NCBI GenBank assembly: GCA_963674735.2
Contig: CAXXQS010000002.1
Coordinates: forward strand, 1-64,000
Reading direction: 5' to 3'
Length of the DNA stretch: 64,000 nucleotides
DNA from: Myxococcota bacterium
Lineage (GTDB): Bacteria > Myxococcota_A > SURF-8
Part shown: piece after piece, positions 29,873-39,896 of the stretch
How the letters are laid out: every line of letters begins with the position of its first letter
Position numbering within the stretch: the stretch's first letter is position 1
The notes under the pieces: generated by a model
The model's database searches: none
What the model was told of the DNA's origin: nothing
The model's input: only the letters and a program-made list of their open reading frames with translations
Translations under genes and position numbers: made by a program

Positions 29873-31165
29873 TCAGGCGTGGATAATTTGTTCGATGAAC
29901 GCTTCCACCCGCGTTTTCAACTGCCCCACGTCACCATCCGAGTAATCGGTGGCGATGTTGAGCGTCGGGACGCCGCCCGCCTTCAATTCGCGTTCGACCC
30001 CGATGGCTTCCATCTGATAGGGGGAGCAGAATTGCAGCGAGTAATGGAGCACGCCGTCGGCGCGGTTTTCGGCCAGCAACTCGCGTACATGCTCCAGACG
30101 ACCGGGATTGGGCGTGAATACGGCGCAGTTGATGTCGAAATAGCGGTCGGTGATGGCATCGAGCAGGGCGTCTACCGACGAACCGCTTTCGGACGTCAGG
30201 TTGCGGGTGCCGCGCTGACCGGTGCAGGATTCGTCGGCCACGACCACCGCTCCCGCGCCTTCGATGATGCTGTAGAGCTTCCAGTTGGGCACCGCCATCG
30301 GGCAGCCCGACACGAGAATGCGCGGAGCATCGGCATCGGCGACGCCTTGCTTGGCGGCGATACGCCCCTCCAACTCGTCGCACAGCTTGTTGACGGAGTC
30401 GGTGAAGCGCTGGGGATTGTCGTAGAAATAAACCTGGTTGGCCAAAAGAACGTCGAGCCCGGAAATGGGAATGGGGGCAGCGGCGCGCAGCTTGTTGAGA
30501 CGATGCATGGCCGCGCGTTTGGCGTTGACGATGCGGATGCCCTCTTGCAGTTTCTCCACCGTGATGCGGCGACCCGACAATGCTTCGAGCTTCTGGGCGA
30601 AGCGCCCGTACTCCGCTCTGAGGAGCGCCCTACCCTCGACGCTTTTCATTTGAGGGAGATCCATGACGTAGAAATCGTCGACCAGTTTACCGAATTCTTC
30701 GTAGGATTTCTTTTTACCGTCGCAGGTGTTTTCACCCACGATCAGATCGCTGGCGGCCAGGTAGGGACAGACCCGCTCACGTTGAAAGCCGAAGGCCGAT
30801 TTGATCAGGGCGCAGGTGTTGCTCGGCACGTAGCGCTCGGCTTCTTCGGTGCCGAATTCGGCCCCGGCGCAGAGCCCGACCGAAACGCCGTCCACCGCCA
30901 GAATCAATTCTTCGGGGACGAAGACGCAAAAAGAGCCGACCACGATGCGGCCTTCCTTGCGCGCATCCACCAGCTCTTTGATGCGCAGTCCGTGTACTTC
31001 GCTCATAACGAAATCGAAGTAGCCCATCCCCTCCGGGCGGTTGTGCTGGCTTAAATAGATGTCCTGGTAGGCTTGTCCCAGCACGCTGAGCAGGGCATCA
31101 TGCTTGTCGAGATCCAGGCCCAGTTCGGTCCACATGGGACGATAATCGACGGATTCGGGTGACAT
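29873..31165 (-). CDS. Double-cubane-cluster anaerobic reductase-like protein (HGD-D / 2-hydroxyacyl-CoA dehydratase family)
   Basis: GSFCVFVPEE, GLCAG, NTCALIKS, VCPY, ENTCDGKKK, DESCTG, INCAVF, QFCSPY and TRVEAF. This is a Cys set larger than in simple dehydratase subunits. Confidence 0.8.
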   Translation of the reverse strand: MSPESVDYRPMWTELGLDLDKHDALLSVLGQAYQDIYLSQHNRPEGMGYFDFVMSEVHGLRIKELVDARKEGRIVVGSFCVFVPEELILAVDGVSVGLCAGAEFGTEEAERYVPSNTCALIKSAFGFQRERVCPYLAASDLIVGENTCDGKKKSYEEFGKLVDDFYVMDLPQMKSVEGRALLRAEYGRFAQKLEALSGRRITVEKLQEGIRIVNAKRAAMHRLNKLRAAAPIPISGLDVLLANQVYFYDNPQRFTDSVNKLCDELEGRIAAKQGVADADAPRILVSGCPMAVPNWKLYSIIEGAGAVVVADESCTGQRGTRNLTSESGSSVDALLDAITDRYFDINCAVFTPNPGRLEHVRELLAENRADGVLHYSLQFCSPYQMEAIGVERELKAGGVPTLNIATDYSDGDVGQLKTRVEAFIEQIIHA

Positions 31166-31573
31166 GCGGTTCCTCCTTGTCGCTCGGATGGGTCTCCCCA
31201 ATCCACCGCGACAGGAGAAACGGGGGGCTTAGGGAGACGGGTTTTGATGGGACGAAACGTGAAGCCGCACCGGCTTCGGCATTCCGTCTCAGCTTTTTCG
31301 ATGGATTACGATCAGATGATCCAGTCGCATCCTCAATCTCCTTTGATGACTTAATTCCACTCTCACCTTTACAACAGGAGTGTGTCTGGCGTCAAGCCGA
31401 AGTCGATATTCGCCGAAATGGTTCCCGGTTGCATCCCTCCGATCCTATCCGCCGGATCGATAAACGGAGGGAAAGCGGTTACTTCAACGCAATCGCCCAC
31501 ATCCACGACGGATCATAACGGGTTTTCGCGGTTTGAACGAAGGACCGGCTTGTGACCGTAATGAGCGGCTTTT

Positions 31574-32080
31574 TCACTCACCGATCATATTTTTAATTGC
31601 GTTTAGAAGATCGTTTGGGTGGTAGGGCTTGGCAAGAAAACCCGCCTGCGGGTCGTCCGTTATCCACTGCAGGATGGCATTATCGGCATAGCCGCTTGAA
31701 ACGAGAATCGGCAGTTGCGGGGCACATTCCCGGATACGCCGATAAACCTGTTCGCCCGCCATGTCGGGCAAAGTGACGTCCAAGAGGATCAGTGAAAAGG
31801 CCTGCGGCTCACGCGCAACCATCTCCACCGCTTCGCCCCCAAAGGCGGTGATTTGTGTCGGGTAGCCGCCGCGCGCGACGATCTTGGTGGCCAAACGCAG
31901 GATGCTGGGTTCGTCGTCGACAATCAGGACACAGGGAACGAGGGCTTGCTCCTGGTTGTTTTCAGGCGAGGAATCGTCCGGGCTGCGATCGACCGGCGGC
32001 GAGCAGGATTGATCATGAGCGCCGTTCAACGGATTGTCGGGTCGGCTATTGTCTTCATCGTTGTCGTCCGGTATCGCCAT
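31574..32080 (-). CDS. Single-domain response regulator with low-complexity N-terminal extension
   Basis: VLIVDDE, LLDVTLPD, SSGY and KPY. Start uncertain. Confidence 0.8.
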   Translation of the reverse strand: MAIPDDNDEDNSRPDNPLNGAHDQSCSPPVDRSPDDSSPENNQEQALVPCVLIVDDEPSILRLATKIVARGGYPTQITAFGGEAVEMVAREPQAFSLILLDVTLPDMAGEQVYRRIRECAPQLPILVSSGYADNAILQWITDDPQAGFLAKPYHPNDLLNAIKNMIGE

Positions 32081-32375
32081 GCATGATGTGTATCGGATGT
32101 TTTTCACTGGCTGATCCCCACGTTCCTTAACTCATCTATTCGTTTATGGTTCAGTAGGGGCAAGGAAGTGCGGATCGTGAAAATCGATGATCGGATCAAA
32201 TAAGGGTTCCCCGACTGCGTCCCGTTTCTATTTGTAATTATTACCGAATCGTGTGAGGCTGTCAAGGTCAATGGCGATCGGCCAGAGATTCGACGCGAAT
32301 CTTGACCGCAACTCCCGCGTCGTCTAAAGTGGCGATTTGATTGAAATCCACGAGGACACTAATCGGAGTCGCTTG

Positions 32376-33776
32376 ATGAAGGATGTGGTTCGGTTCGCAG
32401 GGCATCGCTGGGTATGGATGCTGGTTCTGATGGCGCTTTATCTGTTTCCGGTTACCACTCTGGTATCGGGAGATACGCTGGCGTCCATTTTCGGGGCCGC
32501 TTCCATGGCGGATGGCCAGGCGGGGTTTCTCGACAACTATCCGGTACGGACCGATGCCCAGGGAAATCGTTATTCCTGGGCGTTGGAAACGGTGGATGGC
32601 CGGATCGTCAGCGGCTTCGGGGTCGGTGTTTCCCTTCTGATTGCACCGTTTTTACTCCTGCACAAAACCTTGATCGGCGTCATCACATTCGAAAGCGCCA
32701 TTTTCTGGGCGAAAATGATGGCGGCCCTGTCGGTGGCCTTGGCTTTCTTCCTATGGGTCGATATCGCCCGCCGCCTGACGTCGCGTCGACGGGCCTTGCT
32801 TCTGGGGCTGGTCTATGCACTCGGCACCAGCGCCTATGGAATCGCCTCACAGGAGCCCTGGCACCAAAGCGCCAATCAATGCTTGCTGCTGCTTCCCCTG
32901 TGGGCGTTTCTGCGGCCCTCGCTCCGTTTGAGTGGTAGAGCGTTTCTTTTTGCCGCCATGGTGCTGGTCTTTTTAGTGAGACCGACCAGCCTGTTGCTGC
33001 TGGCGGCCCTCTTGTTGCCTTGGTGGCGCGTTCGGCGCGGACGGGTTCTTCTTGCCCTGGCAGGACTTACGATCGGTGTTTTCGCGCAGGCTTGGTTGAA
33101 TACCCGCTATTTCGGCGCTCCGTGGGTGTTCGGGCAGAGCATCATGTCGGATCACTCGGTGGCCTTGCGCGGCCTGACATCGCCCTGGGTGTGGAATCCG
33201 TTTCCGGGTTTGCTGGGTTTGCTGACCGATCCGTCGCGCGGGTTGCTCGTCTATTCGCCCTTTTTACTTTTTCTGCTGGCCTGGCTGCGTCCCTCCCGGC
33301 TGGGGTGCGATCCCGATCCGGCACGTCAAGCCTTGCGTCGCCGTGTGTTCCTTTCCAGTGCGGGACTCTTCACGGTCGCCTTGGCGCTTTACGCGTTTCG
33401 CTGGGAGTGGACCGGCGGCTACTGTTGGGGACCGCGTTTTCTGACCGATGCCGCCCCGTTTCTGATGCTGTTGCTGATTCCGGTGGTCGAATCCCTGCGT
33501 CGCCGGTGGACGAAAGCGCTGTTTGTCTTGTTGGTCGTGTCGGCCATCGGGATCCAGGCTTTAGGAGCGGTGAGCGACATTTACGGGCCGGAAAGCTGGA
33601 ACGGAAGCAGCCGTCGGCAAAGCGACCGCGATCCGACGGATCACAGCCCCTGGGACTTGAGCCGCCCACCCCAGATTATCCACCATCTGCGCTTTTTCAA
33701 ATGGGAAGAAGATTTGCACTTCAATGCGATTCCCGACCCGCACACAACTCCGGAAGAGGATGCCCCCACGCCGTGA
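32376..33776 (+). CDS. Polytopic membrane protein, GT-C glycosyltransferase-like
   Basis: About 10 TM segments with SGD, VRPT, RGLLVYSP and WxGGYCWGPRF motifs. Family assignment is by resemblance. Confidence 0.6.
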   Translation: MKDVVRFAGHRWVWMLVLMALYLFPVTTLVSGDTLASIFGAASMADGQAGFLDNYPVRTDAQGNRYSWALETVDGRIVSGFGVGVSLLIAPFLLLHKTLIGVITFESAIFWAKMMAALSVALAFFLWVDIARRLTSRRRALLLGLVYALGTSAYGIASQEPWHQSANQCLLLLPLWAFLRPSLRLSGRAFLFAAMVLVFLVRPTSLLLLAALLLPWWRVRRGRVLLALAGLTIGVFAQAWLNTRYFGAPWVFGQSIMSDHSVALRGLTSPWVWNPFPGLLGLLTDPSRGLLVYSPFLLFLLAWLRPSRLGCDPDPARQALRRRVFLSSAGLFTVALALYAFRWEWTGGYCWGPRFLTDAAPFLMLLLIPVVESLRRRWTKALFVLLVVSAIGIQALGAVSDIYGPESWNGSSRRQSDRDPTDHSPWDLSRPPQIIHHLRFFKWEEDLHFNAIPDPHTTPEEDAPTP

Positions 33777-33809
33777 TCCCGCCTTCACTTTTGTCGGTGA
33801 ACGATGCTG

Positions 33810-35216
33810 CTATTTGGCCAACTCGGCACGCTTTTTCAGGTGTTGGATCACCAGCGCCACCAGCATGGGCGGTGCAGCCACGGAAGTGACCACCAGCATA
33901 ACCGGCAGTTTACCCAAAACGGCCAGACAGAAGATCAGGAAGATGAAGAAATCGCGCTTGAGCAGGAATTTCAAGAAGGCCAGCACGCGAACGCCGAGAC
34001 GTTGATCCTGCAGGCTTTGTTGTTGGTTGAACTCAAAATCGATGGCCATGACATCGCCGGAGTCGGTGTACTTGATGATGTAACTGTACATCAGGGGCGT
34101 GATGCAGCTATAGCAGGCCAGCGTGATGAAACCGCAAACGGCCATCCAGGGCTCCCCCGCCACACCGGTATACACGGCATAAGTCAACCCGGCGAAAAAG
34201 CTGAAATTGCTGATGTCGTCGATGACGGTGTCCATCCACTCGCCGTAAGGAGAAAACTGGTACTTCAAACGCGCCAGCTCGCCGTCCACCCCATCGACGA
34301 TCGACGCGAACTGGAACAGCGCCGCCGCCAGCAACATCCACAGGTAACCGCCGTGGCTGACCATCCAGACGGCGATCAGCGCCATGACGAGCGTCGAAGC
34401 CGAGGCCATGTTGGGAGTAACGGCGGTGCTTGCCAAGCGGCGCGAGATGGGGATGGAGATGCGTCGGTTGATGCTGCGCGCCACGAAACCGTCGATGGGC
34501 TTGCGCAAGGCCAGCAGCAGATTGTGCTCGGTTTTGGGACGGTCGGCCTGCGTGCGCACCGTGTTGGACCACAGGTGGTCGACAACCACCCGCTCGGGGG
34601 CGGGTGCGTCTTCGGGCGGCGTCAGCAGGAAATCGAATCCCGCTTCACCGGTGGCCAGCGGTTTCACCACGTCGCATCCCACCACCGCGAGTCCGGTCAG
34701 CCGAAACCAGTCGGCAGCGGCGCTGTCGAGACGAGCGCTGCCGTCTTCGACGTGCAACAGCCGGTCGCCTTGGGCGAGGGGAAGGGTCGTGACGGCCAAG
34801 CGCCGTTCGCCGGGTCCGATCTCTTTGGCCAACAGGCTGAACAGCGCCAGCGGAGCGACCAGGTCGCAGCGGGCAATGAACAACGGGCCGTCGCATTCGC
34901 CGAGCGCCGTTTTCAGGCCTGCGGGAACCCCTCCGCTCTCGGCACGATGAACCCGAATCGTTTGCGACAAACGCGGATCGGCTTTCAACTTGGCTTCGAG
35001 CGCTGCCGGATTGAGCGGACTGTCTGCATCCAGAACCACCTGCGATTGTCGCACGCCCGCATCTTGCAGCTGGCGCAGGGTGCGCACGATGACCGGCACA
35101 CCCAGAATCTCGGTATCGGGCGACAATTCGGCCTTCCCGGCACGTTCAGGGTCGAGAAAACCCAACTCCGGGGCGAGCAGCAAAGCTTCGGTGATGGCCG
35201 GGGCGGTTTCGGTCAT
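33810..35216 (-). CDS. CDP-alcohol phosphatidyltransferase with degenerate N-terminal NTP-transferase domain (DIPPS-like)
   Basis: DGFVARSINRRIS, TPN and the signature DGVDGELARLK...GEWMDTVIDD. Confidence 0.85.
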   Translation of the reverse strand: MTETAPAITEALLLAPELGFLDPERAGKAELSPDTEILGVPVIVRTLRQLQDAGVRQSQVVLDADSPLNPAALEAKLKADPRLSQTIRVHRAESGGVPAGLKTALGECDGPLFIARCDLVAPLALFSLLAKEIGPGERRLAVTTLPLAQGDRLLHVEDGSARLDSAAADWFRLTGLAVVGCDVVKPLATGEAGFDFLLTPPEDAPAPERVVVDHLWSNTVRTQADRPKTEHNLLLALRKPIDGFVARSINRRISIPISRRLASTAVTPNMASASTLVMALIAVWMVSHGGYLWMLLAAALFQFASIVDGVDGELARLKYQFSPYGEWMDTVIDDISNFSFFAGLTYAVYTGVAGEPWMAVCGFITLACYSCITPLMYSYIIKYTDSGDVMAIDFEFNQQQSLQDQRLGVRVLAFLKFLLKRDFFIFLIFCLAVLGKLPVMLVVTSVAAPPMLVALVIQHLKKRAELAK

Positions 35217-35241
35217 GGATGAGGCTCCTTGTTTGGCGAGG

Positions 35242-36006
35242 CTATTTGGCGAAATCGATGGCGTCATCGGCCAACAGCTTGCAGGCGAATTCCAGCGTTT
35301 CAGGTGTATCGACGTCCTGCCACAGGTAGGGCCCGATATCGAAGAAACCGAAGCGATCCTGGTGGCCCAGAAGCTGCATTCCGTCGGACAGCGAGCAGTC
35401 GCCACGCTTGTCATAGGCCGCCTGCAGGGCGTCGAACAGCTCCAGGTTGCAATAAAACAGGCCGATGTCGATGGCGTTGTAGCTTTCGAGCATCTTGCCG
35501 ATGCGCACGATCCGCTCGTTTTCGGTCACGACCTTGGTGGCGTCGTCGAGGTCGAACACCTGGTCGATCTTGCGGTCGATGCACAGACGCACACCCATGC
35601 CGTTGTCCCCTGCCGCGAGAAGATCGCGTGCGATGGCAACGTCGTAGACGTGATCCGACATGGAAAGCAGGAAGGGGCCTTTGACCTTGGGACGCGCGGC
35701 CAGCGCCGAGACACCGTTGGCCAGATCGTTCCAGCGCGGATTGAAGATCGTGGTGATGGTGATGCCGTTTGCGCCGTTGAGCTTGTCCACTTCGGCTTCC
35801 ACCCGCTCGCTCAAATAGCCGGTGACGACCACGAAGCGGCGAATCCCCGCCTGGGCCAGCGTGCGAATGACGCGGGTCACCATGGGGGTGCCTTCCAATT
35901 CGATCATCGGCTTCGAGATCGGCTCGTCGCCGGTAGCCAGACCCTGTACCCGACTGCCCCAACCAGCGGCCAGAATGACGGCCGTCTCTGCTTGCGCTAC
36001 GCTCAT
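35242..36006 (-). CDS. Sugar/choline-phosphate cytidylyltransferase (IPCT/LicC-like)
   Basis: AVILAAGWGSR, SKP, NGVS, MSDH, DDATKV, DIGLF and WQDVDTPE. Confidence 0.85.
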   Translation of the reverse strand: MSVAQAETAVILAAGWGSRVQGLATGDEPISKPMIELEGTPMVTRVIRTLAQAGIRRFVVVTGYLSERVEAEVDKLNGANGITITTIFNPRWNDLANGVSALAARPKVKGPFLLSMSDHVYDVAIARDLLAAGDNGMGVRLCIDRKIDQVFDLDDATKVVTENERIVRIGKMLESYNAIDIGLFYCNLELFDALQAAYDKRGDCSLSDGMQLLGHQDRFGFFDIGPYLWQDVDTPETLEFACKLLADDAIDFAK

Positions 36007-36316
36007 GTCGTATCCCTCCAAAACAAAGGAGAGCGAGGTTGTCCGCTCTCCGTTGCGAGTGGCTTGTTGTATCGCTAAAGGCCTGAATTTGTCAAGTGTT
36101 AGCGGCGTTTGGGCGCCCGATACGGCAACGGCGCAGTCCAGTGAAGCATCCACCGGAGAATTGCCGGACCTCCGAACTCCGGATATTTTAGACAAGCCTG
36201 CGTTTTCGGCCGTTTTTTCGGAACACCGGGATTTACTTGAAACAGAACCGTAATCGCGACATAATTATGTACTCCGGTGTGAGTTCATCCTGTTTCACAA
36301 CAATGGATCGATCGAC

Positions 36317-37903
36317 ATGATGCCTGCATATTTCAGCGTTTTTACCCGCTTTTGTCTGGTCCTAAGCTGCACCTTGCTGTTATCGGCCTGTCTGGGCGGG
36401 GGAACGGAAGAAGCCGAAGACGGCGATGCGCCCGTTTACCGCCCCGAAACGGACGGTGACGATTCGGCATCCGATGGCGATTTGCCTTTGGATGGCGATG
36501 TGCAACCCTGGGAGGACGGCGATGGGGAGAGCGCCCCGGACGGCGATGATCCGGACGGCGACATCCCGGATGGGGATGGGACGGATAGCGACACCTCCGA
36601 TGGCGATACCGACGGTGACGAACCGGATGGCGATGGCGAAGAAGGGCCGGATGGAGATCGCGAAACGGACGACGACGGGAGTTCATTCGGCTTTTGCACG
36701 GCGCTTGAAGATTGTCCGGTTGATGAGATCTGCCAGTTTTCTCTTGCCCGTTGCGAACCGCGCAGCACCTTGATCGATCTGGAAAGCGGATTCTACAGCT
36801 TCCACCCCCTAAGCGGCACGAGCGGGGACAAACTGGTGATCGATGGCCGCCGTTTTTTCTTCAGTATGGTGGGAAACTTCTCCGTCAAGGTTTGGATCGG
36901 TCAGACGCAGCTGGCATTCGTCGATTACATCGGTCGCGACGAAAACCGATTGCTGGTGCGCGTGCCCGACGGTGCGGCCGGAACCATCGGGATCGAATGT
37001 GAAGGGGGCGCCTTTTTCCAGAGCCGCTCGTCTTTTACCCAGTCCGCCACCGGCGTGCTCGCCTGCGATTCCAGCAGCCCGGCGGCCTCCGGTACGGCCG
37101 GTTCCTCACCCACTTCGATGGGACCGTATGCCGCGGGCTATCTCGATACCGTCCAGAATAACGCACGCATCTACTACCCGGCCCAGTGCGGCTCGATCCG
37201 CCGTCCGGGCACACCGGGCGAATACCCGCTGGTGGCCATGCTGCACGGTAACGGGGCGGGGCACATCAATTACGAATACCTGGCGCAGCTTCTGGCGAGC
37301 TGGGGATTCGTGGTGGTTAACCCGGCCAGCATCCACACCAATGAATACGATGAAGCGGTGATTCAACAGCTTTACAACGACATCGCCGCCGTGCACGACC
37401 AGGATCTGTCTGCGCTGCATCCCGCCCTGGCGGGTTTGTCGACCTCCGGCGAGATCGCGTTCATGGGCCATTCGCGCGGCTGCGGACGCATGCAGGAACT
37501 GTTCGGTGATTATCCGGCCATGGCCGGCGACACGGTCGCCTCGGTGTTTCTTGGCCCAGCCAACAACGATACGCTGGTGCCGGGGCTCTTTATGGCCATC
37601 GGAGCAACGGAAGACGGCCAGAGCTTTCCGTTTCACTACAACGGCCAATACGACCGGCAGTCGGCCCCGAAATGGAAAGTGATTCTTCAGGGCGGCAACC
37701 ACAGCCTGTTCGCCGATGCCAAAATCTATTTCAGCTTCGACGGCGTTCCCACCCTGACACGCCACCGCCAGCTGAGCATCGTAGCTTCTTTCGTGATTCC
37801 GCTATTACAGCGGGCCTTCGGGCAAACCGAGCCCTTCGCCGCCTGGCTGGACACCCCGCCCGTCCACCCCGATTACACGGTGACCTCGGATTCGTCGCGC
37901 TAG
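36317..37903 (+). CDS. Lipoprotein with DGD linker, IPT/TIG-like domain and alpha/beta-hydrolase
   Basis: Lipobox LSAC, DGD repeats, HPLSGTSGDKLVIDG...VRVP TIG-like segment, HGNG, nucleophile GHSRG, candidate Asp (TEDG) and His (GGNH). Confidence 0.75.
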   Translation: MMPAYFSVFTRFCLVLSCTLLLSACLGGGTEEAEDGDAPVYRPETDGDDSASDGDLPLDGDVQPWEDGDGESAPDGDDPDGDIPDGDGTDSDTSDGDTDGDEPDGDGEEGPDGDRETDDDGSSFGFCTALEDCPVDEICQFSLARCEPRSTLIDLESGFYSFHPLSGTSGDKLVIDGRRFFFSMVGNFSVKVWIGQTQLAFVDYIGRDENRLLVRVPDGAAGTIGIECEGGAFFQSRSSFTQSATGVLACDSSSPAASGTAGSSPTSMGPYAAGYLDTVQNNARIYYPAQCGSIRRPGTPGEYPLVAMLHGNGAGHINYEYLAQLLASWGFVVVNPASIHTNEYDEAVIQQLYNDIAAVHDQDLSALHPALAGLSTSGEIAFMGHSRGCGRMQELFGDYPAMAGDTVASVFLGPANNDTLVPGLFMAIGATEDGQSFPFHYNGQYDRQSAPKWKVILQGGNHSLFADAKIYFSFDGVPTLTRHRQLSIVASFVIPLLQRAFGQTEPFAAWLDTPPVHPDYTVTSDSSR

Positions 37904-38186
37904 GACACGGGGATTTCATTTCACAGGGAAATGTCGGGCAAGAAATTGTGACTAGCCACCCTCCACCGGCACACAAACCGATCCCATCGCCCTAATTTCA
38001 AGGTACAAAACGGTCTCGTTCTCGATCACGCGAAAATCGGATTGGGGGCAAGGCCCTCCCGCGTCCATTTGATCGGAATTTATTGCGTAGCCGAAAACTC
38101 TCCTTAATAACTTGTGCGATTGATTCACCGGATATCGATTTCGCCGTTTAGTTACGATCAAACTTGGAGCAATGGAGGTTGGCAGA

Positions 38187-39260
38187 ATGAAGGTAACGAA
38201 ACTATCGACGACCTTTGCGCTTTTTGCGGCCATGCTGTTTCTCGGGGCTTCGGCCATCGCTCAAACCGTAGAAAAATCCAACCAGCCCGTGATTGAAAAA
38301 AAGCAGATATCCAACGGTTACGATGCCAGGCTGAGTCACGTTGACTATCCCTATGAAACGAAAACATTCACATTCGAAGCTCAAGGCCACCAATTGGAAA
38401 TGGTCTACATGGACGTGCAACCTGAAGTGGGACTGACCAAGGGTGAGGCGGTGCTTCTGCTCCATGGAAAAAACTTTTCGGGAGCCTACTGGGCCAATAC
38501 GATTGCTCCGCTGTTGCGCCGGGGGTATCGGGTTGTCGTTCCGGATCAAATCGGTTTCGGCAAATCCAGCAAACCGGAATGCTTTCAGTATACGTTTCAC
38601 GGCTTGGCCACTTACACCTTCAACCTGCTGAATTCACTTGGCATTGAACGCATACATGTTATCGGTCATTCCATGGGGGGAATGCTGGCGACCCGCTTCG
38701 CCTTGATGTTTCCCGGTCATGCGTCCTCGTTGACGTTGGTCAATCCCATCGGGTTGGAAGACTGGAAACTGAAGGTTCCCTATCGCCCGGTGGAATGGTG
38801 GTTTGAACAAGAGCTCGCCAAAACTCCCGAAAAAGTAAGGACTTATATGACCGCCAGTTATTTCGATGGCGTATGGAAACCGCAATATGAGCCATTGGTC
38901 GATCTTCAGGTCGGTTGGATAAAGGGCCCGGATTATCGTCAGATTGCCAAAAGCTCCGCCCTGACTTACGATATGATTTTCACCCAACCCGTGGTTTACG
39001 AATTCGGGCTCGTAAAGGTGCCGACTTTGCTGATTATCGGGACTCGTGACAGAACGGCTTTAGGCAAAGGGCTTGTCTCGGATGAGGTTCGTAAAACTCT
39101 TGGGATTTATGACCAGATTGCACTCAATGCCAACAAGGCGATCCCAAATTCCCAATTGGAATTGCTCGATGGTATCGGACATATCCCGCAATATGAAGCT
39201 TTCGACAAATACATGGCGTTGCTGACGGCTTTTCTTGCGGATACGAAACCCGCGCATTGA
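38187..39260 (+). CDS. Secreted alpha/beta hydrolase
   Basis: Signal peptide, [21 protein letters not shown] and GHIP. GGAGG RBS. Confidence 0.9.
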   Translation: MKVTKLSTTFALFAAMLFLGASAIAQTVEKSNQPVIEKKQISNGYDARLSHVDYPYETKTFTFEAQGHQLEMVYMDVQPEVGLTKGEAVLLLHGKNFSGAYWANTIAPLLRRGYRVVVPDQIGFGKSSKPECFQYTFHGLATYTFNLLNSLGIERIHVIGHSMGGMLATRFALMFPGHASSLTLVNPIGLEDWKLKVPYRPVEWWFEQELAKTPEKVRTYMTASYFDGVWKPQYEPLVDLQVGWIKGPDYRQIAKSSALTYDMIFTQPVVYEFGLVKVPTLLIIGTRDRTALGKGLVSDEVRKTLGIYDQIALNANKAIPNSQLELLDGIGHIPQYEAFDKYMALLTAFLADTKPAH

Positions 39261-39330
39261 TGGCGACATCCCAAGCTGAAAAGGCCATCCATTTACAGCC
39301 GATCGACATGCTTTAATGAGCCTCAGCCAA

Positions 39331-39401
39331 GTAGGTCGGTTGCAATGTGTCCGACAATTATAATCTCCCTTTGAGTCGGACAGAAAATCTGTCCGACCTA
39401 C
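39331..39401. repeat. GTAG-type REP doublet (REPIN-like)
   Basis: gtaggtcgg...ccgaca facing gtcggacagaaaatctgtccgacctac. Confidence 0.75.
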
Positions 39402-39410
39402 AGGACTTAT

Positions 39411-39458
39411 CCCATGCCACCCCATTGATACATCGTTCAGGGGTTGCCACGGCCACCC
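39411..39458 (-). repeat. Empty copy of the Rhs-cassette leader repeat
   Basis: Minus strand gggtggccgtggcaacccctgaacgatg...gggtggcatggg, as in the leaders at 40599-40669 and 41617-41686 but without Rhs sequence after it. Confidence 0.7.
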
Positions 39459-39547
39459 GCCGAACCCCGGGAGCGTTTTCTTTCGGTTCCCTTTCTTTGG
39501 GAAAGAAAGGGAACAAAGGCGGTGTCGGCGCAGGCTTCGTGGGTTTC

Positions 39548-39608
39548 GCAGGTCGGGTCCGGTGGACCCGACCCTTCATGTGTCGGACAGAAAATCTGTC
39601 CGACCTAC
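39548..39608. repeat. GTAG-type REP doublet
   Basis: gcaggtcgggtcc-ggt-ggacccgacc followed by gtcggacagaaaatctgtccgacctac. Confidence 0.75.
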
Positions 39609-39628
39609 CCCGGCTTTTACAGTTAAAT

Positions 39629-39877
39629 TTAAACCCAGCCACCGGTTGTCACGGCCACCAACCCGAATATAAATGCAATTACACCCAGAGTAATTAGAAT
39701 TATACCAATGATCGATACCACTGTTTTCCCCGCGGCATCTTGACCGCTTGCAAACCAATTATCTTCCCCATATACTTTTTTTACATTATTTAAGTAGTAT
39801 GAATTTATCATCTTCCTACCAAGGATGAAGAATACTCCAAGAAGTATTGAGAATGCTCCGATGACGAGTAAATCCAT
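39629..39877 (-). CDS. Putative immunity protein 3 (2 TM)
   Basis: AT-rich 82-aa ORF with two hydrophobic helices, immediately downstream of Rhs tip 3. Confidence 0.65.
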   Translation of the reverse strand: MDLLVIGAFSILLGVFFILGRKMINSYYLNNVKKVYGEDNWFASGQDAAGKTVVSIIGIILITLGVIAFIFGLVAVTTGGWV

Positions 39878-39896
39878 TTTGCAACCCTCTTGTTTC

